A stretch of 64,000 bases of DNA from Hemiscyllium ocellatum (lineage: Eukaryota). Where the stretch lies: contig NC_083434.1 in NCBI RefSeq assembly GCF_020745735.1, positions 24,053,966-24,117,965 of the forward strand, written 5' to 3'. The notes under the pieces are model-generated. The model was not told the DNA's origin. It did not search any database and saw nothing but the letters and a program-made list of their open reading frames with translations. Position numbers and translations under genes: made by a program. This document shows, piece by piece, positions 1 to 12,354 of the stretch (position 1 is the stretch's first letter; each line of letters opens with the position of its first letter).

Positions 1-519
1 ATATTTCCACCCTGGGACAAAGATTCTAACTATTCATCATGGGATAAAGATCCAGCTATCCACCTGAACCATGCTGTTGCTCTAGCAAAAACAATCTAAG
101 TTTATCCAACCTCACCTTATAGCTATTCAGTTCTCCTCCACGCAACATCCTGGTAACTCTCTTTTATGCCCTTTTCAAACCTCCATATCCTTCCTAAAGT
201 GTGAAAAATAGAACTGCACATAATACTCCAAATGTGGTCTAACTGAAGTTTTACACTCAATGAAAGCAAGCATGCCATTCACATTTTTACCACTTTAACT
301 GCTCGCCACTTTAGGGGCACTACTGAATTGTACTCAAAGATCTCCCTGTAATTAACACTATCAATTCAATGTAATCAATGTGTATCAATTCAACAGCACC
401 CTTTGCACTGTCCTATCTTTAAAGGCCTGTCATGTACCCAGACAAGCATCGCAGCTCTGGCGCTGCCTTGCACAATACCTGACCGGGGCAAATGTCACGG
501 TAGACAGAAGTGTTGGAGA

Positions 520-1110
520 ATGGCACGCTGCCTTTGCAGGCAGGGTCCTGGAGGTTCTTTCAAATGGGGTGATGCAAATGCAGAATTTCCTCTTCCTCGA
601 TGACCAGCTGTAAAAAGGTCATGACAGCAGACCATGCCATCCTGGCCAGAAGTTGTTGCTTGGGTTAAAGCAGTTTCAACTGTCTGGAGGAATGCACAGC
701 ATTGCAGGAATAAGGTCAATATCTCTCTTCACTTAACCAGCCTAAGTATTGCCATGTTCTCTCCAATTTCTTACACTTACGACTTCTGCTATTTTACCCC
801 ACCTTCCACCAATGTTCATGTTCAACCACTCTCACTTGTTCATGCAACGTCTTCCTTCACTAATTGTCAAGTCCAATCCCCAACAGCAATAACCATTCAT
901 GCCCTCTGTACTGTCTTATCACTCACTTGGGGCATATCCTCATCTACACCAAATGTAACAGCTGAGCCACTCATCTTTGTCTCTCTTAATACATCCTCTC
1001 TCTCATTCAAGGAGGAAAGACTCTAGAACGGTGAAATGCTGCCTGACATTCAGTTCTTCACTCCTTATGAGGACAGTGTAGTGACTCTGATTGTCTCCAC
1101 AGTTAGCCAG
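520..1110 (+). pseudogene. Degenerate Myb/SANT-like ORF, probably a PIF/Harbinger transposon relic
   Basis: Across a stop and a frameshift it reads AF...LEVL...V....FLF / SWPEVVAWVKAVSTVWRNAQHCRNKVN, later PDIQFFTPYE. This resembles the W-x-E-V-A...R-x3-Q-C-R-K-K signature of Harbinger Myb/SANT proteins. Confidence 0.45.
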
Positions 1111-2537
1111 AGAAATGTTATGGTAACCAATACACCAGGGGAGATAGAGTTAGTGTTAATCATCTCAACTAACCTTAAATACTTCAGCAAACATGTAAAA
1201 ATAAATCAAGAAATATATCACAGCCAATTACAAATGATCTTGTGTGTACCTTCACAAATTCTATCGCTCGGGGAGAGAAATCACACGCATAAATGAAGAC
1301 ATTTAGATCGTCCTCTAAAAGAGGGAATAAGCAGTTCCCAACTCCACAGCCAGCTTCCAAGACAATTAGTTTTTGATTCTCAAACTACAAGAAACAAAAA
1401 TTTTGTAAAATTGCATATTTACAGAACATTAAATATTGTAAAAACATCAACTGCAGTTCATGTCAGAACAGTGGATATGTTCAGCAGGAATAGAAGAGAT
1501 AACCAGAATATGCAGGCTGAAGAAACTGAGAAGGGGTTTCATGAGGATATTCGGATAGATGAATGGTCCTGGCACCTGCTAGATAAATGACTGGGGGAGA
1601 TGCACTTGGGGACAAAATCAGAAGATCAAAGAACACAGGGTGGAATGCAAGGTTGGAAGCAAGGGTGGGGTGGGGGCAAGACTGAGTATAGATTTTAAAT
1701 GGAATTTGAAATTAGCTATTTTGGAGACAGCTATTGGAAGTCAACAAGAAAGAAGCTTTAAGTAATAGGATAGGGTATGGGCAATACAGTTTGGAATCAG
1801 CTGTGTTTTGTTTGAATGAACCACTAAGGAGTCAAGTCTTTCAATCACAAAAACAAAAATAAAAGAGATGTGCTCTGACATTAGAGATTGACAATGTTCT
1901 ACAGGCGTAAGTAGGTTATCATGATAGTGGATAAGGAATGGAGCTTGAAGTTTAACAAAATAGCACTACAATGAACTTTAGCAACCTGTAAGCAAGTAGT
2001 TGAGAATGTGATAGTACTGCAGCTCAGAGTGCAGTGACAGAAGTTCCATAAAATGGATTCAGTTTTCTCAATGTACAATTATAGCAAATTCAGCCTCATG
2101 TACCTATCAGTATTTGATGAGTGTTCTGTTACAAGATGGGAATGACATTATTGATTGTTTAGAGATAAAGCCGGAGGATTAGCATGTATATTGAAACAGA
2201 TCTCAAACCTGTAAATAATGTCTGTGTTGGTAGCTTATAAAAGAAAGAAGTGCTGGCAAGGACGGGACCATAGAAAACGCTGGGAATTATGGAGGATTGG
2301 AAGGGGGTGAAAAAAGTAATTCCTGAAGATTATACAGGGCAAATAGAAACTGTACAAAGTGAAGCAGCTTCCTAGAGGTGATCAAGAAGGCAAGATATAT
2401 GGAGTGATCGGCCACATTTGTAACCAAACTTTTTTTAAACCAGTATGTTCTTTGCCATTTGCACTAGACTTACTTACAGCTGAAATGGCAGTTCATTAAC
2501 TCATAAGTCTGGGTTTCCTTCATTAAATATCACTTAC

Positions 2538-2879
2538 CTCTCTACATGCTTTCAATTCTTCAAATTCCCTGGTTGTCCAATGTCTATCTTTGAAAAAGTT
2601 TGTGCTATTCCTTTTGTAAAATAAATCCCAGTTCTTCTGTGCATCACTTTCAAGCTTCTTTTGCTTAAAATTGGACACTAAGGTCTGATCTTTCATGAGC
2701 TTCTCGGCTTCTTCAGAGGTAAGGATTCTTCCCTTTTGCCCTCTGACTTGAAAAGGCATTTCTGGTCTGGAGGGTGTTACAGTTACTACCTTATTGCTTA
2801 AAGACCAGTCGTTTATCCCTTCTGTTTGGTATGTCTGGATACCACAAAAAGAATTTGTTTCCATGTCATCTCCCATCAT
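2538..2879 (-). CDS. METTL6: METTL6 (tRNA m3C methyltransferase), first coding exon; remaining exons lie left of the window. Conserved-position ATG at 2759, in-frame upstream ATGs at 2864/2876/2879
   Basis: RILTSEEAEKLMKDQTLVSNFKQKKLESDAQKNWDLFYKRNSTNFFKDRHWTTREFEELKACRE matches the vertebrate METTL6 N-terminus. Donor GAG|GTAAGT at 2538/2537. Acceptor with poly-pyrimidine tract (ttttttttcttttgtattaag) just above 2900. Confidence 0.93.
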
Positions 2880-3727
2880 GTTTGCAAAATTCCAGAGGGT
2901 CTTAATACAAAAGAAAAAAAAAACTTTAGATTGTGATTTAAATTTCAAAACAATACAATGCAATTGAAAGCTTCTCAGGTTAGTGCTGCATTTAAAGATA
3001 ATAGAATATGATTTGCTTTTTTGTAAAGTTGTGAACATATAAACTTGTAGTGCACATGCTACACTTGTTTCATTACAGATATCTCGGGGTGTTCCCTTAT
3101 ACGTGCTGTATACCTCAGACCAAGCCAGTCATTAGGCTGCATATCCAAGAGGAGCTAAAGTTATCAAGGGTACCACTTATTAATAAGCATACTCCAAGAC
3201 AGTGCCACTTATGAGGTACTTGTAGATTTCAAAGAGCTCCAGTTATTAGTCCATGTATCTCAGAGAATGCCAGTTCAGAGTCCAGATCTAGAATCCTAAA
3301 ATGACGACAACATATGATCATTTAGCAAGTTGTGTCCACACAAAAGTAACCGCATTCCCTTCCACACTTCCCTGTACAGATGCTAACACAATGCCCTTCA
3401 GAAAGGCATGACTGTATCTGCCTCTAGAATTCGTGTGAACACATTCCAGATCTTAACCATTAATTGGATAAAAAAGGATCTCCACATGCTGTCTTTGCTT
3501 CTTTTGTTAATTGTGTTAAATGGCATCCTCTGGCACTCAAAACTTCCATGAATGGGAACAGTTTCTCTGCATCTACTTTGTCTGGAGTCCTCAAGCTTCT
3601 GAACATCTCCAGCCCTGTTTTTTCCTAAGGAAACCAACCCCAGTTTTTACAATTTATCCACAGAAATGAACTCGCTCATCCCTGGAATATTTTTTGTAAA
3701 CTTTTTCCACACCTTCTCTCCAAAGGG

Positions 3728-4035
3728 GTCAGCATGGTAGCTCAGTGGTTAGTACTGCCGCCTCACAGCATCAGGGTCCCAGTTCGATTCCTGCCTCGGG
3801 CAGACTGTCTGTGTGGAGTTTTCACATTCTCCCAGTGTCTGCGTGTGTTTCCTCCGGGTGCTCCGGTTTCATCCCACAGTCCAAAGATGTGCAGGTCAGG
3901 TGGGTTGGCCATGCTAAATTGCCTATAGTGTTAGGTGCATTAGTCAGAGGGAAATGGGTCTGGGTAGGTTACTCTTCGGAGGGTCGGTGTGGACTTGTTG
4001 GGCCGAAGGGCCTGTTTCCACACTGTAGGAAATCG
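3728..4035 (+). mobile_element. tRNA-derived SINE (HE1/V-SINE-like)
   Basis: Box A (tagctcagtgg) and box B (gttcgattcc), conserved core, CR1-like tail gaagggcctgtttccacactgta. Confidence 0.85.
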
Positions 4036-4405
4036 AATCAAAAAAAAGGTGCCCCAAATTGAACACAATATTTAACTGAGCCTGAAAGTGTGTGTTTTAA
4101 AATATCATCACCTTCTTGCTTTTGTGTTGTATGTATTTACTTATTAAAAACTAATGACCTGTTTTCTCAAATAATCGGTTTCGCAATGATTCCTGCAACC
4201 CATTATTACTTATGCACATAAAAAGGTGCCAGCCTCTCTGGTTCTGCACTCCATTAGATTTGTATCTTTTTGTAAAATAAATGTCTTTCCTTATCCTTTC
4301 TATCAAAATGCATTAAGTCACATGTCTTCGCATTTGTCGTCTTCATTGTGGACAATCATACTCTTGAGTGATTGCCAATCTAGGAAATTCTGTGTTACTG
4401 TTCAT

Positions 4406-4720
4406 GGGTGGCACGGTAGCACAGTGGTTAGCACTGCTGCCTCACAGCGCCTGGAGACCCGGGTTCAATTCCCGACTCAGGCGACTGACTGTGTGGAGTT
4501 TGCACGTTCTCCCCGTGTCTGCGTGGGTTTCCTCCGGGTGCTCCGGTTTCCTCCCACAGTCCAAAGATGTGTGGGTCAGGTGAATTGGCCATTCTAAATT
4601 GCCCATAGTGGTAAGGGGTAAGGGATAATGTAGGGGTATGGGTGGGTTGCGCTTCGGCGGGTCGGTGTGTACTTGTTGGGCCGAAGGGCCTGTTTCCACA
4701 CTGTAAGTAATCTAATCTAA
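4406..4720 (+). mobile_element. tRNA-derived SINE (HE1-like), young copy
   Basis: Box A/B, CpG-retaining, (TAATC)n tail; near-identical to the copy at 41581-41902. Confidence 0.9.
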
Positions 4721-5010
4721 TTCTGTGGGTCCTTGCATGGCTAATGAGCCCGATCCTTGAGCTGCATTTCCTACTGCACATATAGCAGGTGTTTTGAGGA
4801 GGTGGAATTGGTCCTCAGCCTTGAAGTCTTTAGTATTCCTTTATCTAGCTCTTTTTTTATATTTCCTCTTGCCACTGGGTGTTCACTTCATGTAGGAACT
4901 TCTTTCAATTTGGTTTCTTCTGAACAAGGGTTTTCCATGTGTTGACATCTTTGTTGCATCTCGAGGAAATCCTACAGGAGTCTCTGAAAACCTTTCTTGC
5001 CTTCTTCTCG
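4721..5010 (-). mobile_element. RTE-clade LINE 3' remnant
   Basis: Terminal zinc-finger-like CSRKCSSRIGLISHARTH. Confidence 0.5.
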
Positions 5011-5929
5011 TTCAAATGTCTTCCTCAAGTTTCCCTGTTTCTCCCCTCAGTCGAAGCAAATCACTCAAGAGACACAGTATAGTTTTACCTCCTTCATCTT
5101 TATTTCGGGCCCTGGAGGGAGAGAGAACAATCATCCATGTGCACAGGGACACGAGTTCTCGGTTCTCTCTGTAATAGCAGTTTCTTAATGAATTATATAG
5201 TCATTTTACAGGAAGAACATCCAGATAAGGCGACATACATAAGGCAACTATTACTCATCTGGTGTATCAATTATCTCCTCTTTCATATGACATCAGCAGT
5301 ATCTTTTCACGTGGTAAAGACAGAGGCAAAGTTCTAATTTAGTATCTTAGGCAAGTCTTCTGCCTAAACTAAAATTGGTCCCACCTATCCTCTTCCCACC
5401 CTTTTACTATTACATTCATGCAGAAGATTTTTTTAACATACATAATGGGTGACCATTACAATCAGCGAGTGTCAATAGTAAAGATTAAACCATCTGCTGT
5501 TACACAATGAATAAATGACTTCACATAATGAATATTTTTTCCCCTTGTTAGCTGACCTTGCTTCCAAATTGTTAAATGGCTCTACATACTGACTGCTTTT
5601 CCACCTTGTTAACCCATTAACTTTGCCTCCAGCACCCCACTGTTAACTGAAAAATCTGATCTGATCTGAGTCAAGTTCGACTGAACCTCTTGTTTCACAA
5701 AACTCACAACTTACCTCTTTCCCTGCTTATACCCTATACATATTCTTAAGTGAAGAAGATTTATTTTCGTAGCTGCATCCTAAGCACATCACCAACACAA
5801 GATTTGATTTCAGATTATCATAGCCTCGATGCTGGTGCTGATAGCTGCTTCAAGGATGTTGAATATTAATATGCCTGTCCTCCCAGATGATGGAGAATCT
5901 GTCTCAAACAATATTCATGATACTTCTCA

Positions 5930-6640
5930 AGGATCTTGCCAGGAACAACAACCACTCTACATAGCCTTCATCAACCTGATCAAGGGTTTTGACTCAGTCA
6001 GTCAGGAAGTGCTATAGAAGATCCTATCAAAGTCCAGTGCAATTCTCAACATCCTCCATGACAAATGTCAGCGATGGTCCTCATCAGTGGTAATATGACA
6101 GAATATTTGAGGTCAAGTCAGGGGTCAAGCAAAGATGTGTCATCACGTCCACCTTTTTCTCCATCTTCTTCACTACCATTATTCATCTTGTCTAGAACAA
6201 GCTTCCTAACAGTCTAGACATTGTTTACAGGATGAACAGAAAATGTTCCAACTTCAACCAGTTGAAATCCAAGAAAAAAGAAATGGCAATGACCTCATTT
6301 GTGGAACTTCAGTATGCCTCAACAAGACTCAATTCCTTTACCAGCCTGTCCCACGTCAAGTTCTCATTCATCTCTTCATTAAGATCAACTTAAAAATTCT
6401 CCTAAATATGGAATACTTCCCAACTTGGGAAGCTACCTCTCATCTAAGGCTGACATCAATGTGGAGATGCAACTTCACATCCAGTCTGTGAGTGCTGCCT
6501 TCAACAATCGTGACATCCCTACTGATACTAAGATCCTCATGCACCAGACAGTCTACCTTCTGACTCTTCTATATGGGTGAAACTTGGTTTACATATAGAT
6601 GCCAACTCAAGACCTTTGAGAAGTACCATCGAGCTCTGAA
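5930..6640 (+). mobile_element. RTE-clade (BovB-like) LINE RT remnant
   Basis: Degenerate CQEQQPLYIAFINLIKGFDSV and GVKQRCVITSTFFSIF motifs. Confidence 0.65.
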
Positions 6641-8117
6641 TCAAAACTGCAATTGTATCTTTTATTGCATAGACTGCAGATTTTTCTGCACATTATCAAC
6701 CATGTATCAACCTCATTACTCAACTCTCTTACCTCACCAAAAACTTAATCAAATTTGCTGAACATAATTTGCCTTAAACTGTTCCTTAATTAATGCATCC
6801 TCATCCAAATGATAGGCAATTTTGTTCCAGATTATCGTTTCTAAAAGTTTCCCTACCAGAGAGGTTAGATTAGCTTTTAGTTACTGGGGTTATCCTCACA
6901 TTTTGACTGAGCAAGTCTGCAATATTTACAGTTCTCTGGCACCACAAATGTATCTATGGGAAACTGGAAGATTCTGACCATTACCTCTGCAATTTATACC
7001 CTTCTCTTGTGCAGTCCTTGCAATCCTGGTGATTTAATAACTTTAAGAATAGCCAGCCTTTCTAACATCTCTTTGTCAACTATTACTCATCTGGGTGTAT
7101 CAATTATCTCCTCTTTCATATGACATCAGCAGTATCTTTTCACATGGTAAAGACAGAGGCAAAGTTCTAATTTAGTATCTTAGGCAAGTCTTCTGCCTCC
7201 ACTAAAATTGGTCCCACCTATCCTCTTCCCATCCTTTTACTATTACATTCATGCAGAAGTTTTTTTAAAAAATTGTATTTTGTGCTTTCTGCTAGAATCA
7301 TTGCATCTTTGCCTATCCCTCTGAGCTTTCTATATTCAACCTGGTTCTTTGTGGAAATGCAATTGAGCAATATCATTTTTACAGACAGTCCACTATAATT
7401 TCACCTACTTATCTTTGAATCCAGTTTAACTGGACAGATCAAATAGTACCCTAAATGAAACTAGTCCTCTTCTTATTGAGTATTTTATTCTAGATCATTC
7501 TTTTTCCTTTTCCATGGATAACCCAAACTTCACACTGCTACAATCACTCTCTGCTTAATGCTCCCTTATGACACCTGAGCTACTTGAGCAATTATGTTCC
7601 AAGAACCAGATCTTACAATACTTTTATTTTGTCGGGCTGGAAACTGATAAAAAAAAATTCTTCCAAAAACCAAAAGCAGCTGCTGAAAATCAGAAAGAAA
7701 AACAGAAATTGCTGGAAAAACTCAGATCTGGCCGCCTCTGTGGAGAGAAATCAAGAGTTAATATTTTTAGTCCAGTGACCCTTCATAATTCTTCCCCCTC
7801 ATTTGTGCTTTACACCGCTATTATTCCAGGATAATTATACTCTTCCATAATCGTTACTCCAAACAAAACTAAAATATTGCAGATTCTGGAAATTTGAAAT
7901 TTAGAAAACTCTGAAGGGCTGGCAGAACCATTCCTTAAAAATGCAGCCTTGCAACAATTATTCTGGTTCCCATTCCACACAAGCTGCTCGAACTGCTCAG
8001 TATTTTCGACATGGTGTGTTTTAAAACATAGCTCCACGGATTTTCGCTCCTCTCCCTGAATCTCAAAGAGGCGGTTATGAGTCTGTGCATCTCAGAGGTT
8101 GCCAATTATCAAACCTA

Positions 8118-8291
8118 CGAGGAGAAAGTGAGGTCTGCAGATGCTGGAGATCAGAGCTGAAAATGTGTTGCTGGAAAAGCGCAGCAGGTCAGGCAGCATC
8201 CAAGGAGCAGGAAATTCGAGGTTTCGGGCATAAGCCCTTCTTCAGGAATCCTGACCTGACCTGCTGCGCTTTTCCAGCAACATATTTTCAG
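8118..8291. mobile_element. Short fold-back Penelope-derived element with hammerhead-like motif
   Basis: TSD CAATTATCAAACCTA at 8103-8117 and 8292-8306; ~38-bp inverted arms; same sequence as the termini of the PLE fragments at 27706 and 50493. Confidence 0.8.
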
Positions 8292-8491
8292 CAATTATCA
8301 AACCTAGCACACTGGGTAGGCCTTGAGCCACTTCAAGTTCCTTTCTTTTGCCCCCCCAAAAAAAGCGCTATGGAAATATAAGTTGATGTCAGGCGCGACT
8401 TGACCGGGTCTGATTGGAGTCGGAGCAGGAGGTCGGGACGTAAAACAAAGTACAAACGTCAGTCTCCGAGCCCGAATACTATATTCCTTAC

Positions 8492-8590
8492 CGAACAGGC
8501 AAAAAGAGCCCCCTCCGTCCCCTAGCGACCGACAGCGGGGAGGCCTGGTCTCCGGGTGCGCGCTCCCACTCTCCTCCCGCACTACAATCA
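8492..8590 (-). other. METTL6: Putative non-coding exon 1 of METTL6 (5' boundary unknown)
   Basis: Minus-strand donor TCG|GTAAGG at 8492/8491 inside the CpG island, divergent from EAF1. Confidence 0.45.
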
Positions 8591-8788
8591 GTGCGCGCGG
8601 GCGCTGTCCGCGAGCTCAGTACCTTTCGCTGTTTGAATTTAACGGCCGTCGCGCGCGCGGTTCGGTCGGTCGGTCGCGTTTTGTTTTTGTTTTCCGAACA
8701 TCCGAAAGGAAAGAGATCGCAAGGCCGGCCGCTTCGGGAGTGGGGAGTAAAGAAAAAGGAAAGAATTGATGGTTTGAAGCGATCGGCG

Positions 8789-8891
8789 ATGAATGGTACC
8801 GCGCAGCCGGCGCTGGGCAAGGAAGAGCACGTGCTGAAACTGGGCGAGAGCTTCGAGAAACGGCCCAAGAGCTCGTTCCACACCATCCGCT
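8789..8891 (+). CDS. EAF1: EAF1 (ELL-associated factor 1) coding exon 1
   Basis: [34 protein letters not shown]; donor T|GTGAGT; 103 nt. Confidence 0.96.
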
Positions 8892-9519
8892 GTGAGTGAG
8901 GTCGGGGGCAGGGTGAACGGGGAAGGTAGGCCGGGGAGGCGGGCCTTGGGGGCCTGGGCCCAGGCCCGAATTGCAACCTCTGGCGGTGACATGGGCGGGG
9001 AAAACATAAGCGAGAGTGAGTGTGTTCTGGTACCGAGAGTGAAGGGATACGGGCCCTCTCCGTCCCTTGTGTGTTTACCCGGCGCCTCCGAGAACTCCTG
9101 GCTGCCGACCACGGCACCCGGGGCCCGCTGTCTCCCCGGGACTGACCGCAGAAGTCGAGCTTACGCGAAGCCCTCCGAAGCGAAAAAAAAACACTACCTC
9201 CCCTCCCCGACAGGGCAACTATAAACGAGCAGGGATTAAAGATGCCCTGGGTTTAACGTTTGGCGTGATTGATGGGCCACCCAAACGTAGATTTGCATTG
9301 CGATAGCGCCTCCCAGGCCTCGGGGCTCCCCCCCACCACAGTGCCTTGCAGTATTAGAAATCCCGTAAACAAACACACAAAGCAATATCTCACCACCGGC
9401 GATGTATTAATTTCCAGCATCCGCAGTATTCTGCTTTTTAATTGCTACTTTTTTTTGTTACTCCCCTATTGAGGGATTAAATATTGTGGCTTCTCCTTGT
9501 TCTTCATTATAGTACTGGG

Positions 9520-10505
9520 GATAGAGTTTGTACAGCACGGAAAAGACCCTTCCACCCATCATGTCATCCCGGTCATAAAACATCTGTTCTAATTCTATTT
9601 TCCAGCACTTGGCCCGTATCTTATATGCTATTGCCTTTCAAGTGTTTATCTAAATAGTCATTTAATGTCTAGGGTTTTCACAGAGAGTTCGAGATACCCA
9701 CAACCTTTTGGGTGATAAAATAACTGCTCAGATTCGCTCTAATCTTCTTGTTCCTAATGTTAGAATTGTGCTCCCTGGTTATTGACCCCTGTAGGAGAAA
9801 AGGTTTCTTTCTACCTACCTATATATCTATCAAAATTAAGTTTGCACACCTCAATCACGGCCCCCTCTGCTGTAAGCAAAACAACTCCATCGTCTGGAGT
9901 GTCTTGTTGGATTCGCTCGAATCCAAGTGTATCTCCTTGCTGTAGAGTCTGTTCTGAAATATAAATCTCTTAATACAGGTCACATCCCTCCCGTAATATA
10001 GTACCAGACCTGCACAAACTATTCCAGCTATGTCCTAACTAATGTTATTTGCAGCTACATAATAACCTACATAGTCTTGTGTTCAGTGCATTGACTAATA
10101 AAACCCATGTACCTTCATAACCAACATACCCACCTGTCTTCAAGAATCTATCCACGTGCACACCATGGTCCCTTGAGTCCTCTGTGCATCCTTGGATCCT
10201 ACCATTTGACATGTACCTGCTTGCCTTGTTAGTTCTCCCAAAATGTATCACCTAATTTTTCAGGATTAAATTTACCAGACCAGTTTGACTATATCATCCT
10301 GTAGTCTCAGGCTTCTCATGATTTACCACACCACCAATTTTATGTCATCTGTGAATTTACTGATCATACCTCCTAGATTTGTGTCTGGATCATTAATGTC
10401 CACAACAAATAGCACGGTCCAGCACTAAACCCTGTGGTACTCCACTGGACACAGGCTTCCAATCTTAAAAACAGCCTTTGACCATACCATCTGCTTTCTG
10501 TCATT
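9520..10505 (-). mobile_element. CR1-type LINE 3' remnant
   Basis: Degenerate RT 3' region and tail similar to other CR1 copies in the window. Confidence 0.65.
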
Positions 10506-12259
10506 TACCTGAGAATGCATGCAGTTGCAAGTCCCCAGCTGACAAATAAATATAAGAATATATAAAAGTATAAATATAAAATATAAAGCACTTTTTAAAA
10601 TATTGCAGTGAACTGTCAGTCTAGGTTTGTGCTCTGTTGGCTTGAACCAATAATCTTCCACAAGTGATTACTGAGCCAAGGCCAACACATTGATCTGATT
10701 GATGGGTTTAAAATGAATTAGGGAGTTGATAGGGTAGTTACCGAGAAGTTTTTATTTCTTAGAGCAAGCCCAGAGTACGGGTTTACACACTTAAAATTAC
10801 TGCTGAGGAATTTGGAGTAGAACCTAGAAGTCTTTTTCATGAAAGAAATTGTGGAAATCTGAAAGTTTTCCTTGCAAAATACAAATTACAAATTTTAGAT
10901 AGAGATCAATAGATTTTTGTTGGAACAGAGAACCTTGAGATAGGGAATATAATTGAGTAAATAGAGATGAAATAAATCATCTGTTTCAGTGGCAGAGTAA
11001 ACACAAGGCTGAATGGTGTACTCCTGACCTATGTTTGTAGTATGCTAAATATCTGTCCAAGAATATGTGAACACAGCAGTAATTATTCTACTGTACTATA
11101 GGCATTTCTCATGATCTAACTTGCAGGGAGTGGCTGAGACTGTTTCTATTTCAGACTGATCGAGAGTGTTTTCCATCTAATTACAACAAATCATAGTGTA
11201 TGCTTGATTTGTTTGAGCACTGGAATTGTTTTGGAATACCCAGTTTTTTTTCCTCTCTATTTTCTATATTCCTTACCTACGCTGACTCATGGGCTCCTTG
11301 TTGGACTGTAACCCCAAAGATGTTATGGACCCTCTTTGTCCGAAATCAACTAGGAATGCTGTTTGCTATTGATAGACAAATGTTGTATACAAGATGCTGG
11401 GCAACAACAGGGCTATGTGTGTTTGTGGCATTATCATAGTCAAATCACTCAGATACTGATTGCCCATCTTCATACACCTAAAAGTAGGAAGAGTACAAAT
11501 GTATGTGAACATAATTGATGGAGAGCCTGCCAAAACTTATTTCCCTTGTACTTCAACTCTCCCTTCATTTCATCTAACTATTGTACTTTAGTTTCACCAC
11601 AAGCCTGCTTTGTTCTGCAAATCCCTGTGGAGGCTGCTGAAATTACAACACTTAAAAGACATCTGGATGGGTACATGCCATAGGAAGGGTTTAGAGAGAA
11701 ATGGGCGAAATGCTAGCAAATGGGATTAGATTAATTCAGGATACCTGGTTGGCATGGACAAGTTGGACCGAAGGGTCTGTTTCCATTGCTGTACAGCTCT
11801 ATGACTCATGTGGACATAATTATGTGTTAGTAATAGAGTCCCTTTGCCAGAAGTGTTTTCACAACTGGCTACATTGTACTTAAAAACAAATTTATCCCAA
11901 TGAAACACCATATTCTTAACTCACTTCGAAGAACTGAAATTTTTCACTAATTGACAGATACTTAAAACGTCTCAATCATTTAATATAAGGCTGTTATTCA
12001 AGAATATGAATTCTGAAATTTCATACTACTTGCATTCTTATGCACAGTGTATAATGTTTTCTACAGGAGTTAAAACTAAAATTCAGTTAAAATGGTTAAA
12101 CAAAATGTTTTACATAAGTTATTTGAAAAGGAGTAGTGGCACAATATAAAAAGCAACTATCCACAAAGCAAATGAGGTGATTTTATTGGCTGTGTGTAAC
12201 CATATTTGGTCGATTAAAATTTCTTTTTGGTATCTGATCTATGCATATTTTTCCTTCAG

Positions 12260-12354
12260 ATGATTTTAAACCAGCATCCATTGATACCTCTTGTGAGGGT
12301 GAGCTACAGGTTGGAAAAGGTGACCAAGTCACCATAACTTTACCACACATCCCA
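12260..12354 (+). CDS. EAF1: EAF1 coding exon 2
   Basis: ttccttcag| (Y)[31 protein letters not shown] |gtaagt; 95 nt, phase-compatible. Confidence 0.96.

Larger units (their letters stand above)
8380..9340. promoter_or_regulatory. CpG island / bidirectional promoter shared by METTL6 and EAF1
   Basis: Abrupt GC- and CpG-rich segment in AT-rich, CpG-poor surroundings. Contains EAF1 exon 1. The two genes are divergent, as in human. Confidence 0.8.

Noticed and set aside
3734-4781. tRNA genes / repeated small ORFs
   Set aside because: These are tRNA-derived SINE heads with no complete cloverleaf; the ORFs are SINE translations
5245-7268. LTR retrotransposon bounded by the 190-bp direct repeats
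   Set aside because: No TG...CA termini, TSD, PBS or PPT; the interior is RTE/CR1 debris
8581-8592. ZNF143/THAP11 ACTACA motif in the bidirectional promoter
   Set aside because: Only ACTACAAT matches; the TCCCA half is missing
8304-9306. Overlapping ORFs of 80-210 aa in the CpG island
   Set aside because: High GC suppresses stops; only 8789-8891 has homology and splice support
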